Shown here piece by piece: positions 26,271 through 39,100 of a DNA stretch of 64,000 nt (within the stretch, counting starts at the first letter, position 1; each line of letters opens with the position of its first letter). Below the pieces are notes generated by a model. That model saw only the letters and a program-made list of their open reading frames with translations. It was not told the origin of the DNA and did no database searches. This DNA is from Ruditapes philippinarum. Taxonomy: Eukaryota. A program made the translations under genes and the position numbers. The DNA lies in assembly GCF_026571515.1 (NCBI RefSeq), contig NW_026862101.1, forward strand, positions 434,001 through 498,000, in the 5' to 3' direction.

Positions 26271-28039
26271 CCCCAACCCTTAAAGGCAACCCCTCAGCGT
26301 CAAGGGGATGCATTTTCGCATTATAACATATCCCTTGCGACCATAGGTTCGGGCATGTGTTTGACCGCTTGTATTGTCGAAAACAACTGAATATAACAAA
26401 GAATCATAAAGATAAGCTCTGTCTTGAAAAAGTCACTTGGCGTAGGTGAAAAACGGGTGTTTTTTATAGCTAAGGTTAAGATCTATAGCTATATTTATGT
26501 ACATTAAATGTCATGTGACTATTGTATAGTATATTTAAATTGTACAAATTGTAAGATGATGTACCATGTACAAATCTTGAATAAAATTTCTGTTCTGTTC
26601 TGTTCTGTTCTTGAATGATCCGAGAAAGTTTAGTAAATAATATTATAATCCTCACTTTTAAAGTACTGACAAGAAAAATAAGGGGAATTTATATTGAATT
26701 ATAATAAACAGAAAATAGAATATAGTTCGTTTATAAAAATCATTTCAATATAATTATACAAACGTAGATTTATACAAATTGCCAATTTTGAGACAAATGT
26801 TTTGTTTCTTTTTATTACAGTCCTTTTAACTTCCCCACAACTAAATTTTAGATCATTCCAAATGTTCTTTTTAAAAAGACAGAGCGAGTCGCCTCTGAGC
26901 ATGAATATGGATGAGCAATTGATTTTCAATTTTTCAAAAATCACAACATAATAATCATATAGTCTCCACGTATAAATATCTTCATTTTTTTTTCTTAAAA
27001 AAAAGATGTAGTGACATTTTTCAATTTTATTTTACATTTGACAAAATCAAGAAATGTTAAAAAAATGCATTGCTGTCATTATTATATCTGGTTCATCCCT
27101 ATAACGGCCTCGACATTTTTTTAGCAGAAAGATCCCTTGATATCGCCTCAGCCAGTGTAAAATCCTCTCATATACTATAATAACTATTACTTATATTGCA
27201 TGAATATCGAGATAACACTTTTTTTAGTGTCAAGTCAAAGCCATTAGTACCAGCGTGTAGGAAAGGACAAGCCTTATTAAACCTGGGTTTACAAGTATCA
27301 TAGCATTGCTGAATTGCTCTTAAATTTTCCATACAGGTCGGCATTTATGAAGTGTAAAAGTTTACAAATCAAAATAACACTACTTTACTGATGAAATAAA
27401 ATACTATCGTCGTTATTTATTATGTGCATAAATCAAATCATTTTGTCAAAAGCACTTGTGGCCCTCTTCTTTCACCTCGTGAGTGGTATGTTACCATGTG
27501 AATTATTGTTTATAACATGATTAGGGTCATGCCAAAGTCCTTAAATTATAAGAGTGGTGTTTCTTTCCTTGAGATCGAGTACCGCGTTCGCGGAATTATC
27601 GCTATACCAAATTAAAAAGCAAGGACATATTTGGTTAAAAATAATTTTATTCTATGAACTCTTAAATGTGTGGGTGTTTAATAGAAAAGACACTCTTTGT
27701 TGAAATCTTTTGAGGAACGAACATAGGGACCAGAAAATAAAATTAGAACTTGCAGTTTTGAAAAATGTTTGGTATATTACAATAATTGACAAGTTATCTT
27801 TTGTCCCGAAATCGCGCTTAATTTTTTAAATGGATACCAATTTTGTAATTATCCTTCATCAATTTTACGAATACCTCAATAAAATTTTCAAGTTAGTCAA
27901 CAGAATAGAGCCTGACCAGACTGCATGGTTTCGTTTAATTTACTATTCCAAATACAATATATAAGATAAACAAAGTTTATACAAGTATAGAATAATACAA
28001 ATTGGTTGGGCAACAAGTACAACCAAAATTACATTTAAT

Positions 28040-28274
28040 GAGCCGCGTCATGACAAAACCAACGTAATAGGTTTGCGACCAGCATGGAGCCAGACCAGCC
28101 TGCGCATCCGCGCAGTCTGATCGGGATCCATGCTGTTCGCTATCAATTTCTCTACTTGTTATAGGGTTTGTAAACGAACAGCATGGATTCTGATCAGACT
28201 GCGCGGATGCGCAGGCTGGTCTTGATCCATGCTGGTCGCAAACCCATTACGTTGGTTTTGTCATGACGCGGCTC
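28040..28274 (+). mobile_element. 235-bp long-TIR MITE (GAG...CTC ends, 4-bp AT-rich flanks; Sola-like), copy 1
   Basis: TIRs of about 100 bp starting GAGCCGCGTCATGACAAAACCAAC; flanks TAAT/AAAT. Confidence 0.85.
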
Positions 28275-29568
28275 AAATGTAAATTAATGAATAACACAAT
28301 ATGGAATGCGACAATGATTTTTCGTAATATGACCAGATATAAATTATTAGTATTATTATCTTATAATTCATTAATTCAATGTAACAAATAAAAAGGTTAT
28401 TGTGCCCCACAGGTTGCCGTAACGGTCTCACGTTTGAATAGATTATAAACCGTTACTGTAATTAAATTAAAAGACTTCAGTGTTTTTTATTTTATTTTTG
28501 TGGTGAATGGACCACATAAGCGCCATTAAATGAAAAAGACTAACTCTCCAAATACTTAGACTAAATATAAATGTAACATCATTTATTATTTAAACTCTAA
28601 ACTCTTAGTTGTCTTTAAAACCATCGTGCAGCTGCTGCAAATGAATAAATTAATTGTTAATTTTATAAAGAACATAATTTTTCGAGCAATATTATAGATC
28701 TTTGTTAATAAAGGGTTATACAAACGGTCAATAATCTCAGTAGTAATAAAAGGTAAAGGTATTGTTTATTATCGTGCCACCCCTACCTACTGAAAGGGCT
28801 AGCCATATCTGACTTATGAGACACCTTTTGCTTGCATACCATGTACTAGTCCCAACTCCTACTACTATGCCAGGCGTCAGGCTGATAGAAATTAGTAACC
28901 ATTCATTTTAGCTACATGTACCTCGCATACCTTAACTAATACGAGTAAGAATAATACTATGCATTTCTAAATTGCATTAAGGTGGACCATAAGTAGTGAA
29001 TGCAAATGCATGGATAACCTTATCTAATATGACAGATACCATCAGATGTATATACCAAACCTGTATAGTTCATATTTTTCTGTAAGATTGAAAATTGTGC
29101 CTCACGCTTTGTCAGTATTATATTTATTTGTTTTTTTCTTCTCGATTTTATTTTAATTTTTGTCAATGTTTCCAGTATGTTGCATTAAATACACAAAATT
29201 ACCATTGGCCCATTATGGAACATGATTTACATTTTTTTTGAAACAACTATAAAAATGGTTTCATTATTTATTATGATATATTAATTTATCATGATGTTGC
29301 ATGTTACCTCTGTTTACCGTAGTAGGCTTACTTAACGCGGGAAACCATTTCCTGGAGAGTACTCGGAACGTTGGAGCACGTGGAATGTGACAGCTGTATT
29401 TTAGACGTTTTTAGCACGTGGGGGACCAAGATGCTCGTCGTCCTAAACAAAGACAACCCAGTCGGTTGAAAAGTTTGTAAAGTCCCCATGAATAGCACTC
29501 AAGAGTCAACTTTGATATTTTATTTCAGAACTTCTAACATACCGTATATTCTCTTATGCAGTAATAAC

Positions 29569-29613
<45 letters not shown>

Positions 29614-29768
29614 TGTTAAATTGTGACCGATGTTCTTTCTCTACAGTTCAATATAGTTTCTATGTCTATGATGTAATCATACCTCTTATAAATATCTTTA
29701 GCTCTGCACAACGCCTAGCATGCATATGTGGAGTTGCTCCTCTAAAAATTGGTCGTTAGAGAATATAT

Positions 29769-30003
29769 GAGCCGCGTCACGACAAATCCAACGTCATGCG
29801 TTTGCGACCAGCATGGTTTCAGACCAGCCTGCGCATCAGCGCAGTCTGATCAGGATCCATGCTGTTCGCTTACAAACCCTATAACAAGTAGAGAAACTGA
29901 TAGCGAACAGCATGCATCCTGATCAGACTGTGCGGATGCGCAGGCTGGTCTGGATCCATGCTGGTCGCAAACCCACTATGTTGGTTTTGTCTTGACGCGG
30001 CTC
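29769..30003 (-). mobile_element. Same 235-bp MITE, copy 2 (spacer inverted)
   Basis: ATAT on both sides. An empty site is visible in the duplicated segment at ~30951-30970. Confidence 0.9.
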
Positions 30004-30859
30004 ATATTTTAATTGTAGAAATAACATTAAAGAAAGATGAGCTGCATGTCCTTGTTAAATGTCCACTGTATTCGCAAATAAGAGATGCAGCAACATTATG
30101 CAGATTTTTTTAATAAAGGGCTATACAAACGACCAGCAATCTCAGTACTATTAATAGTAATAATACTATTTAAATTCTAATTTGCGTTATGATGGACCAT
30201 AAGTAGTGATTCCTAAACGACGGATTACCTTATTAAATATGAAAGATACACTTCCTATCAGATGTATATACCAATCCCGAATAGTGCATAAATATTTTAC
30301 AAAAGCCATAATCTTTATCATTCTGCATGATTAAGAATTGTGCCTCACACTTTGTTAATCAGTATCATATTTATTTGCCTTTTTCTCGATTTTGTTTTAA
30401 TTTTTGTAAATGTTTCTGGCATGTTGTATTTAATACACAAAACTACCAATAGCCCATTGTGGACCATGATTTACAAATTCTTAAACGATTTTCAAAGTGG
30501 TGTCATTAATTGTTATGATATATTAATTTTATCATGATGTTGCAATGTTACCTCTTTCTACCGTAGTAGGCTTAGTAACGCGGGAAACCATTGCATCCAT
30601 TTCTTCACTGGTGGAGAGTATTCAGAACGCTGGAGCACGTGGTATGTGACAGCAGCTGCTGTATTTTTGACGTTTTGAGCACGTGTGGGACAAAGATGCT
30701 AGTCGTCCTAAACTAAGATAACCCAGTCGGGTGAAAGTTTGTAAAGTCCCATAAATAGCACTCAAAAGTCAACTTTGTTTTGTTATTTTATTTCAAAACT
30801 TTTAACATACAGTTCAATATAGTTTCTATGTATCTGATGCAATCATATCTGTAATGTAT

Positions 30860-31446
30860 TACTTTAGCTCTGCACAACGCCTAGCATGCATATGTGGAGT
30901 TGCCCCTCTAAAAATTGAGACTGGTCAAAGTGAAGCTTTACCAGTTAATGAGAGAATATGTTTTAATTGTTTGTAGATCAGCTACATGTCCTTGTTAAAT
31001 GTCCACTTTATTCGCAAATAAGAGAGGCGCTTTATATCGACGTGTGTACAACTAATAACATATTTCTAATGTTTAGTGATAATGAGAAATTCATATATTT
31101 GCTATCAAATGAAAATATTATAAAATATTTTGCCAACGCATGCATTGATATATTATGTGTCTGGCCCAAGTTATTATATAATGGCTAATTTTACTCTGTA
31201 CACATGTATCATAGTCAAAATTTGAATATTAGTTAGCATATGTTTGTTTTATATGTGTAATATAAGTTTTACTGCTACCAAGTATTTCAGCTTTTGACAA
31301 TATTTTAATATTTTTGTAAATAGGCTTTTTATTTATGCTCTCATAACTCATTTAGAGTACTTTGGTACACGTATTCCGTATATTTGTTTATGTATGTACA
31401 TAAGTGAGACTTAAATAAACAAATTGTCTTGTCCTGTCTTGTCTTG
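30860..31446 (+). mobile_element. 3' fragment of a non-LTR retrotransposon (LINE); partial duplicate at ~29697-30090
   Basis: Degenerate ORF2 C-terminus (ICGVAPLKIETGQSEALPVNERICFNC; LHVLVKCPLYSQIREALY), then an AT-rich 3'UTR, AATAAA and a (GTCTT)n tail. Confidence 0.75.
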
Positions 31447-32903
31447 CAGTAGTTTGCTCTGGTTTCCGAGAAAGATAATTGTTTGAAACGACATCATGAA
31501 TTATTATATTAACTTTAAACTTTGCATGTTATATCGAGATAAGGGGAAGTCATATAAGAAGTAATTTTTAAAAGGTTATATGCATTTTTAAATAAGTCGG
31601 CTCAATAATTATACTTCCTTGTACATTATTTATACGATCAGCAAGTAAAACCCAATTCATGGCGAAAATATATTTCTATATATACATTGTAAATATAAAC
31701 CGACTGATATTTTTTAATAATAGCAGTAAAATTCAATTCATTGCCCATATATAATGCTCGTGTGTTTATTTGATCTAATAAAACGTTTTACCTAAAATGA
31801 AATACAAAACGTGTTGATAAAAAAAGAGATCAATAAAGACGATCACTTAAACTATTTTAACGTAGATTTGAAATGACTACACAGGAACGTTGACTTTATA
31901 GATAAATTAAAAAAAGATATAGAATTGTATAGTAAAGTGTTACAAAATCTGTGTGAAAATAATAAAGACAGGTATTGAATAATTTAAGGGCATTGTCTAC
32001 CTATGATTTGAATTTTAAACCAGTAGTCACGTTATACACTGGGTATATAGTTATATACTGTGTCCGGCTTCCGGCAGGGTCTTTAGATTCAGTTTTGTGA
32101 GGAAGCATTCCAGCTAGTTATGATGTGCTCATGGCTCTACTCAGATGCGCGATTTTGCCAGAAATAAATATGATCAAATAGCTGAGGTTTTCGTCCACCA
32201 GTGAGTCTTGTTACAGGTTCCAAACCTCTACTCATTTGGTCAAATAGTTGAGTCATCGTTTGCGTTTTGCCAATTTGTACTGTTATAGTGATTTAGTATT
32301 TTGTATGTAAGTATCTCTTATAATCTTAAATCCATTTTTACAATATCATAGATATAGGCTTGACTTTTTACAGAAATTTTAATTTATTCGTCTATGAGTG
32401 GTTATGTGCAGTAAAATTTACTCGAAAACCAAAGGCTTAAGAAATTGAAGACAATAAACTTATTATGACCCAAAGGTATTCCCTTTTTTACACAGAACAT
32501 CCGTGTCTCCTGTTTACAAGAAATTTCGTCGTAGATATGTCATGCCAGTAGTTATTTAATACTTAACCGAGTATTTTCAGAGAAAATTATTGATCGTTTT
32601 TTTTCTGTTTAGGTGTATGACACAAACTTTTTAAAGCGAGTGAACGTGAGCCTTAAGTTTTATCTTGGTAAACAGCTATGATTATTGAAAAACATGCAGT
32701 TGTACCTCAAACAATAAATATTGTTGGACCATTACATATTCAACTTAAGTGTATATTTTAGCCATGTTGTGTTAATGAAAACCAACGTTGAGTTTAAATT
32801 ATGTTAGATTATAGTAACTATTTATACAGGAGAAATAGTAATTAGAACTAATATTTTGTTTTTTACATGTAAAGATCTGAAAAATCTCATTTAATTTTGG
32901 ATA

Positions 32904-35282
32904 ATGGGAGAGTTCAAGGCATCGTTTTCTTCTATTCGGAGCGGGGATATTAAACACATTTATAGCGGATCACCTCAAGTTGTTAAATACAGATCTACCA
33001 AACCGTGTCCTAAGAAAGATCAGATAATTTTAAAGGTTTGTAAAAAATAATTTGTACCTTTAAATCCTTTAAATAACAGATAATGTCGTCCGGCACTCTA
33101 TTTTATTGTTTTTATACTTTTTGTGGGCATATTTATGGGTTTAGTTTGTTGTTTTCTTTTAATTTTTGTCGCTTTGTCCGAAGGAGGGGGAGAGTGTAAA
33201 TTTATAAATTATGTTTTCAATAAGAATTACGGTTGCATGAAGTAATGCAATAATTGTACAATTGAAATTTAAATACCGACATGTATAAAATCTTACTTAA
33301 CCCTAACCACGTTAAATATCTTAAATGGACATAGCCTTCTAACTATCTGGACAAAAGCATTTATCAGTTAAAGAAGAATTTCAAAATATGTACTTACTGA
33401 ATAGCAAACAGTGTAGACTATGATCGCAATACATGGGCATGCCGGTTGATCTTTGCCAGCACAGGCAACGTGGATAGAATCCCTTACCGCCAGCAGGCAA
33501 ATTGCAGTTGTATCTTTCTGGTTTAAATTGATAATTGAGAACCAAGTAGAGGAGGGCCAATCACCTACATGTGCTAATAAAACAAAACCTATATTTGCAC
33601 TTATTATAATGCAGGGAATAATCTACTAGTACTTGACCGATTAACTATGAGTATCATACTACAATTTTTGTATTTTCATTTCCCTCGACATAACATCATG
33701 CAAAGTTTATAATCAATATTTTCATTCATAATGTCACCTCAAAAAATCACCTTTATCGAATACACAGAAAATCAATGCATACCAGGAATTGTGCAGTCAT
33801 AAAAAAGATAAAATCAATGATATGATTATACCATAAAAATAGATAATATATTGAACCGTAAAGAAAGGACATCGGTAGGAACTTAAAAATATTTCTTTGA
33901 TTTTCTTTCGCAGCTTATTTGGTCTTAACTGGATAAGAATAAAAAATCTTTTTTCGCATTTTTAATGTTTAACCTGAAAGAAAATAACAAAACAATTTAT
34001 ATACAACATGATCACGCGGATAAATTCACTCTTGAATACGGTTCCTGGGATTTAACAAACTTTCACCCGACTGGGTTGTCTAATTTTAGGACGAAGATCA
34101 GCATCTAGATCCCCACGTGCTGAAAACGTCCGAGTTTGTTCGAGAACACAGCTGTTACATACCACGTGCTCCAGCGTTCCGAGTTCTCTCCAGTGATAAA
34201 GTAGATGAAATGGTTTCCCGCGTTACAAAGCCTACCACGGCAAGCAGAGGTAACATTGTCAACATCATCATAAATATATCATTATAAATAACAACACTTT
34301 ACTTTGAAAGTCTCTTCGAAAAGAAGTTGTAAGTCATGGTCCATGACAGGCCAATGATATCTTTTAAAGCAGATTTTGTGAACTGGATGCACCACACCTT
34401 CACCATTCACAAAACTTGAAAGAAACAAAAACAAAAAATGAAGAAGGCATATCAATGCCGTGCTGATAAACAAAATATGGGACACAATTTATAATCTTGC
34501 AGGATAATGTAGATTAAGACACATATCTATTAAGGACTGATAAGAAGGGTATATATCATATTAAACAAGGTTATCCATACTTTGTCGATTAAATGAATGG
34601 ATTATCAGTTCCCTTTTATGCATTTATCATACAGAATAATACATATACATGGTACAACATAATGATAATATACATTTGTTAACTATTATTACATGTAGTT
34701 TCTGTGAGTTTGACCGTTTTTATGACCTCTTATTAACCTAAATCTATGACATAAAAATAATACAATTCAATCTAACGATTGCTGACTGTGTGGGGGACAA
34801 GCCGTTGTTTCCATGAGAAAGAAACTTTACACTCATCGCTCAGTACTGTTGATTCGAACGGATTCGAGAGTATTTTAATAAACTTATAAATTATAACACA
34901 ATCGAACTAAATTTATTAGCATAAACTAAATAAACTAATAATTCCCTCAGTCACTTTTAACCCAACACAATATTTTACCCCTTACGATTGTCCAATTAAA
35001 TTTACATAACAAACGTGCACCAAATTCTATCAATTATTTATATTGGTCAATGTTCTATCTTTTCTTATTACAGGTATTGCATTAAGAAGTGTAAAAGCAA
35101 TGTTAGATGACAAGTCGACGAATCATTCAAAATATCTCGGTTTACAGAAGATAGATGAACGAGAACAGAACATGCTAAATAAAAGAATTACCTACCCCAC
35201 CCATTCTTCGAGCATGCGCGCATATCTTACGAAGAAAAATCTAGAAGGTGTTAAGGAAAAGAGTTTTGTGCATAATAAATAA
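32904..35282 (+). CDS. Cluster gene F: 166 aa, 3 exons (32904-33035, 34090-34249, 35074-35282)
   Basis: Open frame MGEFKASFSSIRSGDIKHIYSGSPQVVKYRSTKPCPKKDQIILK|DEDQHLDPHVLKTSEFVREHSCYIPRAPAFRVLSSDKVDEMVSRVTKPTTASRG|IALRSVKAMLDDKSTNHSKYLGLQKIDEREQNMLNKRITYPTHSSSMRAYL... Same intron positions and phases as gene E. Confidence 0.9.
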
Positions 35283-36185
35283 TCAAGACATCATTCAATT
35301 TCACTTTACTTAATCAGCTTTATCAAATAAAGTGCTATTTTGATTTGTACCACTTTCACTTTATGGATGCCTATCGTGTCCGGGAATTTATGCAAATGTA
35401 CACAATGCGTTTTCATGATAGAAATGATAGAACGTGCTTTTATTTGGCTTTTTGATTCCTACAAAGATATATTAAAAAGAGATCTGGTGCTAAGTGCTTA
35501 ATTTAACTAACTTCTTCTTTAAAATACAAAATTTTCTATTTACAATTTGGTTGCTGTTCTTGAAAGTATGAGGGAGCGCAATATACACATACATACATGC
35601 ATCGAGGTAATGAAACTTTTTTTCTGATATTTCTCGGATCTCATGAGTTTCATTGGTTCGTGCACAACCTTTGCTCAGTTCAGATCTACTTATTTCTTTT
35701 ATGTTGATCTGATGACGACCGTATATGTTACGCCTTCTTTATAATTTGTTTTTCCCGAGAAAGCTATTTCAGCAATAATAATTATTACCACATATTTATA
35801 GCGCCCTTCTCAAAAATAAATGTTCAAAGGCGCTTTACAATTGAATTATATACATTTACAATGACTTTAAAAACAAACAAAAAGTATTAAAAATAATAAC
35901 ACACATATATGTATACATTTACAAAATATAAAATACCCCATGATTAATCTAAAAGTCTCAAACTCAGTCGATCATACAAGAAAAAAATTAAAAAGAATGT
36001 ACATGAAGAATAATATAAGACTTGAAAATAAAATAGAGAGAAAGGCATTGAAAATAAAAAGAAAATACAAATCATGCAATCAAACCGGTTTTACATATGC
36101 ATTAGAAGAAGCATCAAAATACCATTTTCCGTGGCAGTTAAGCGAATTTTTTATTTTTGTTAGAAACAAAATGTTTGAAGTAATA

Positions 36186-39100
36186 GTTAACGATGGAATG
36201 ATATTGAGGTAAAAATTACACAATGCCTGCTTACTGTTACAATTTACTTATTGACACTGCTATTGTGCTTATTGGTACAGTCACTATGCATGCTTGTACT
36301 TTCATCACGCTTATTGACAATTACACACTGCCTGCTTACTGTTACAATTTACTCATTGACACTGCTATTGTGCTTATTAATACAGTCATTATGCATGCTT
36401 GCACTTTCATCATGCTTGTTGACAATGATATCATGCTTGATGGAAGTTACAACTTGTTTGGTGTTTAGTCTCTGATGCCTTTTTCACATTTTCATTTGAG
36501 TGAATGACAGTGCAATCTAGCGTGCTGTGCCAATGGTTATCTTGGTTAATTTGTAATGCATCCAAGAACAAAATACACGAAGTGATCAACCAGTATGGAA
36601 AATGTTATTAGGCACTAGGCAAAATATAACTAAGCATATTGTCATTTCAAAATTATGAGTCACATTTCGATAACAGGGGGCGCTATGTTCTAGTCGTGGT
36701 TTTCCGTAATTTGAATATTTTTTTCCCGGAAAGATTATCGTGAATATCCGAATAATGTACGTATAGAGAGATCTATCAAAAGTTACTTCCCCTTCTTTTC
36801 AATTTGCCATTTGTCGTAACTTTTATTTAGCAAAAAGATCACAAATAGACTGTCGGTCACTTCTTTTATCCCTAGCATTGACTAAATATTCTGTATGCAT
36901 GCCATATCGTCCAAATATAGGCCATTACAATTAACATTGACTCATTGTTCAAAATTTTGACAATGTTTTATGCCTGGATATATACTGGAATTAGTCAGTA
37001 ATGATGATGGTACATCTAATTTAAGAAATTTGATTTGATTTAGGGGCCAGATTAAATTTTAGCTCGCCTTCTACATCTCATTTGCTTGAATTAAATTGTT
37101 TTTCTTAGAAATGGAGAACTTGCGGTTTGAAATTCCACAAATTAAGGTGGGGGGAAATCCCGGGATCCGGGATCGTATTAGATATAGAGGACAAACTAAT
37201 AAACTATATTTGTGTAATGACTATTGTTGTAATGAAAGACGATTTTTAAAACGTTAAATTGTTTAATACGATCCCAGCTTTTTGAAAACTATTTTCTTGA
37301 ACTGGTCTTTTCCCGGGATCCCTATATGTTTTAATACGATCCCGGCTTTTCTGAAAACTATATTCTTAAACTGGTCAATTTCCTGGATCAGTTTTTATTT
37401 CTTTGATTACCCCCCTCCCCCGGTCTGCTGTCCCTTCCCATGACTTTTTGTGGGCATGTTGTTCTATTATTTATTTGTTTTCTTTGAATTCCTTATCTGT
37501 TACAAATTATGTAAAATTTTAGTGATTTAACTGTCCGTGCCCTGGGCTCCTTGTTGCTAGGTCGTGTGGGGGTTGCGTTCATTGAATGCCGCCTTTCCTT
37601 GTTGATCTTTTTTATCATATTTTATCTGAAAAATATCTTCTTAGACTGGTCAATTTCCGGGATCCCTATATTTTTAATACGATCCCGGCTTTTCTGGCTG
37701 AATTGATTCACAACTTGTGTTTACTTTTTCTTATTGCATATTAGCACTATTAATGCCCAATATACAGCGACTTCCATTGCCATTACATGTACTTTCAGTA
37801 TTAAATAAGATTTTATGTTTGTGACATTCTGAGGTCAATTATTTTACGCTTTTGTCTGTGAAAAAATACACTATTTTGAAAGATTTTTTATAACTACTAC
37901 AAATCAAACTTATTTAGAAATCCCTACAAAAACATTCAAATAATAATAACAAGTAAAATGGTTTCCTGCGGTGAACATTTTTATGATATAAAGATATTTC
38001 ATTTAACTATTTTCAACATTATTTGGGGGGGGGGGATAAATAAACGTTTGTATCAGGAATATAGTTGACAATAATCGATCAATATAGAAAAAGGTATTTG
38101 GAAACTGGTGACCGTTGAAGAACATAAAACAATTATTTCTTTTTAAGAAAATGATTAAATAGGCCTACCATTTTATGAATAATTCCGAGCAAAAAATAAA
38201 TTAAGTAAACACACAAGTTTACGCAGAAAATATCTCTATTTATTATGGCAGATGCCACTACGAATATTTTAATTTTGTAGATTTTCAGTTTAAACAATTT
38301 ATTGTTTGTAAAATTTGAGATAGATATTAAGGAAACATTGATAATTTTCAAACACATCATTCAAGTTTTTCCACCTTAAACGGTAAAATAATTATAGGAA
38401 ATTAGAAATATCACGTAATAGTTTTTTGTTCTCAATTAGGTATAATTCGGACTAATTCCCTACAGGTGAATCCGTAACGTACCGGCTTACGGTATTTAGC
38501 TGGGTTTTCGAAAAGGTCAATTAACCAATCATATACGGTTTACAGATCACATGCTCCTCCATGTACCGAAAACAGGTCACGTGCTCCTCCATGCCTCAAA
38601 AGTTAAACGCGTACCAATACCCTGCGGTCTCCACACCGCAGGGAATAATAATAATAATAATAATACACCGAGAGTAGGTGGTCAATTCCCGGGATTAATA
38701 TAATTATGTTTAATACGATCCCGGATCCCGGCTTTTCTATAGGCGATCCCGGGTTCCCTCCCTACCTAATTAATGGTGTAATTGAAACAAAGGGACACAA
38801 CTGATGGCAACAGCTAATTAAAGTCCGGCCTATTCCGCGAAAATTACGAACGTGCGCCCCCTGGTATCAAAATGTGATGTGCAAATTTGCAGTTCACATT
38901 ATGCTTACTTTCAACTTGCTTAGTGGCTGATTGCATCTTTCATTTTGTGTGGTCACATCGTATGTTTTGTTCTAGGAGCATTATAACTGTGCAATGTTGA
39001 AATATCAAAGCTTATATACAGTCCCGGCATGTTGAAATATTTCATTACGCTACATTGCACTGTCATTCAGCCATATAGACATCAGGGACTAAACACCAAA

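Larger units (their letters stand above)
27220..30860 (-). pseudogene. Decayed seventh paralog (inverted copy of gene F) with a tandemly duplicated exon 2
   Basis: Exon-2 copies at 29442-29308 (frameshifts, deletions) and 30707-30552 (TAG after DD; PRAPAF*) keep the AG/GT sites and F-like intron flanks. An F-like stop and 3'UTR region lies at ~27220-27435. Confidence 0.8.

Noticed and set aside
29570-29610. 41-nt poly-A suggesting a processed retrocopy
   Set aside because: Its flanks align with an A-rich stretch of gene F intron 1 (reverse complement), so it is a slippage expansion. The pseudogene keeps its introns.
30340-34485. Similar signal-peptide-like ORFs 30340-30537(+) and 34282-34485(-) as a secreted peptide pair
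   Set aside because: Both lie antisense in intron 2 of gene F or its pseudogene copy and start at GTG. Their similarity comes from the duplication, and the third copy (~29097) is frameshifted.
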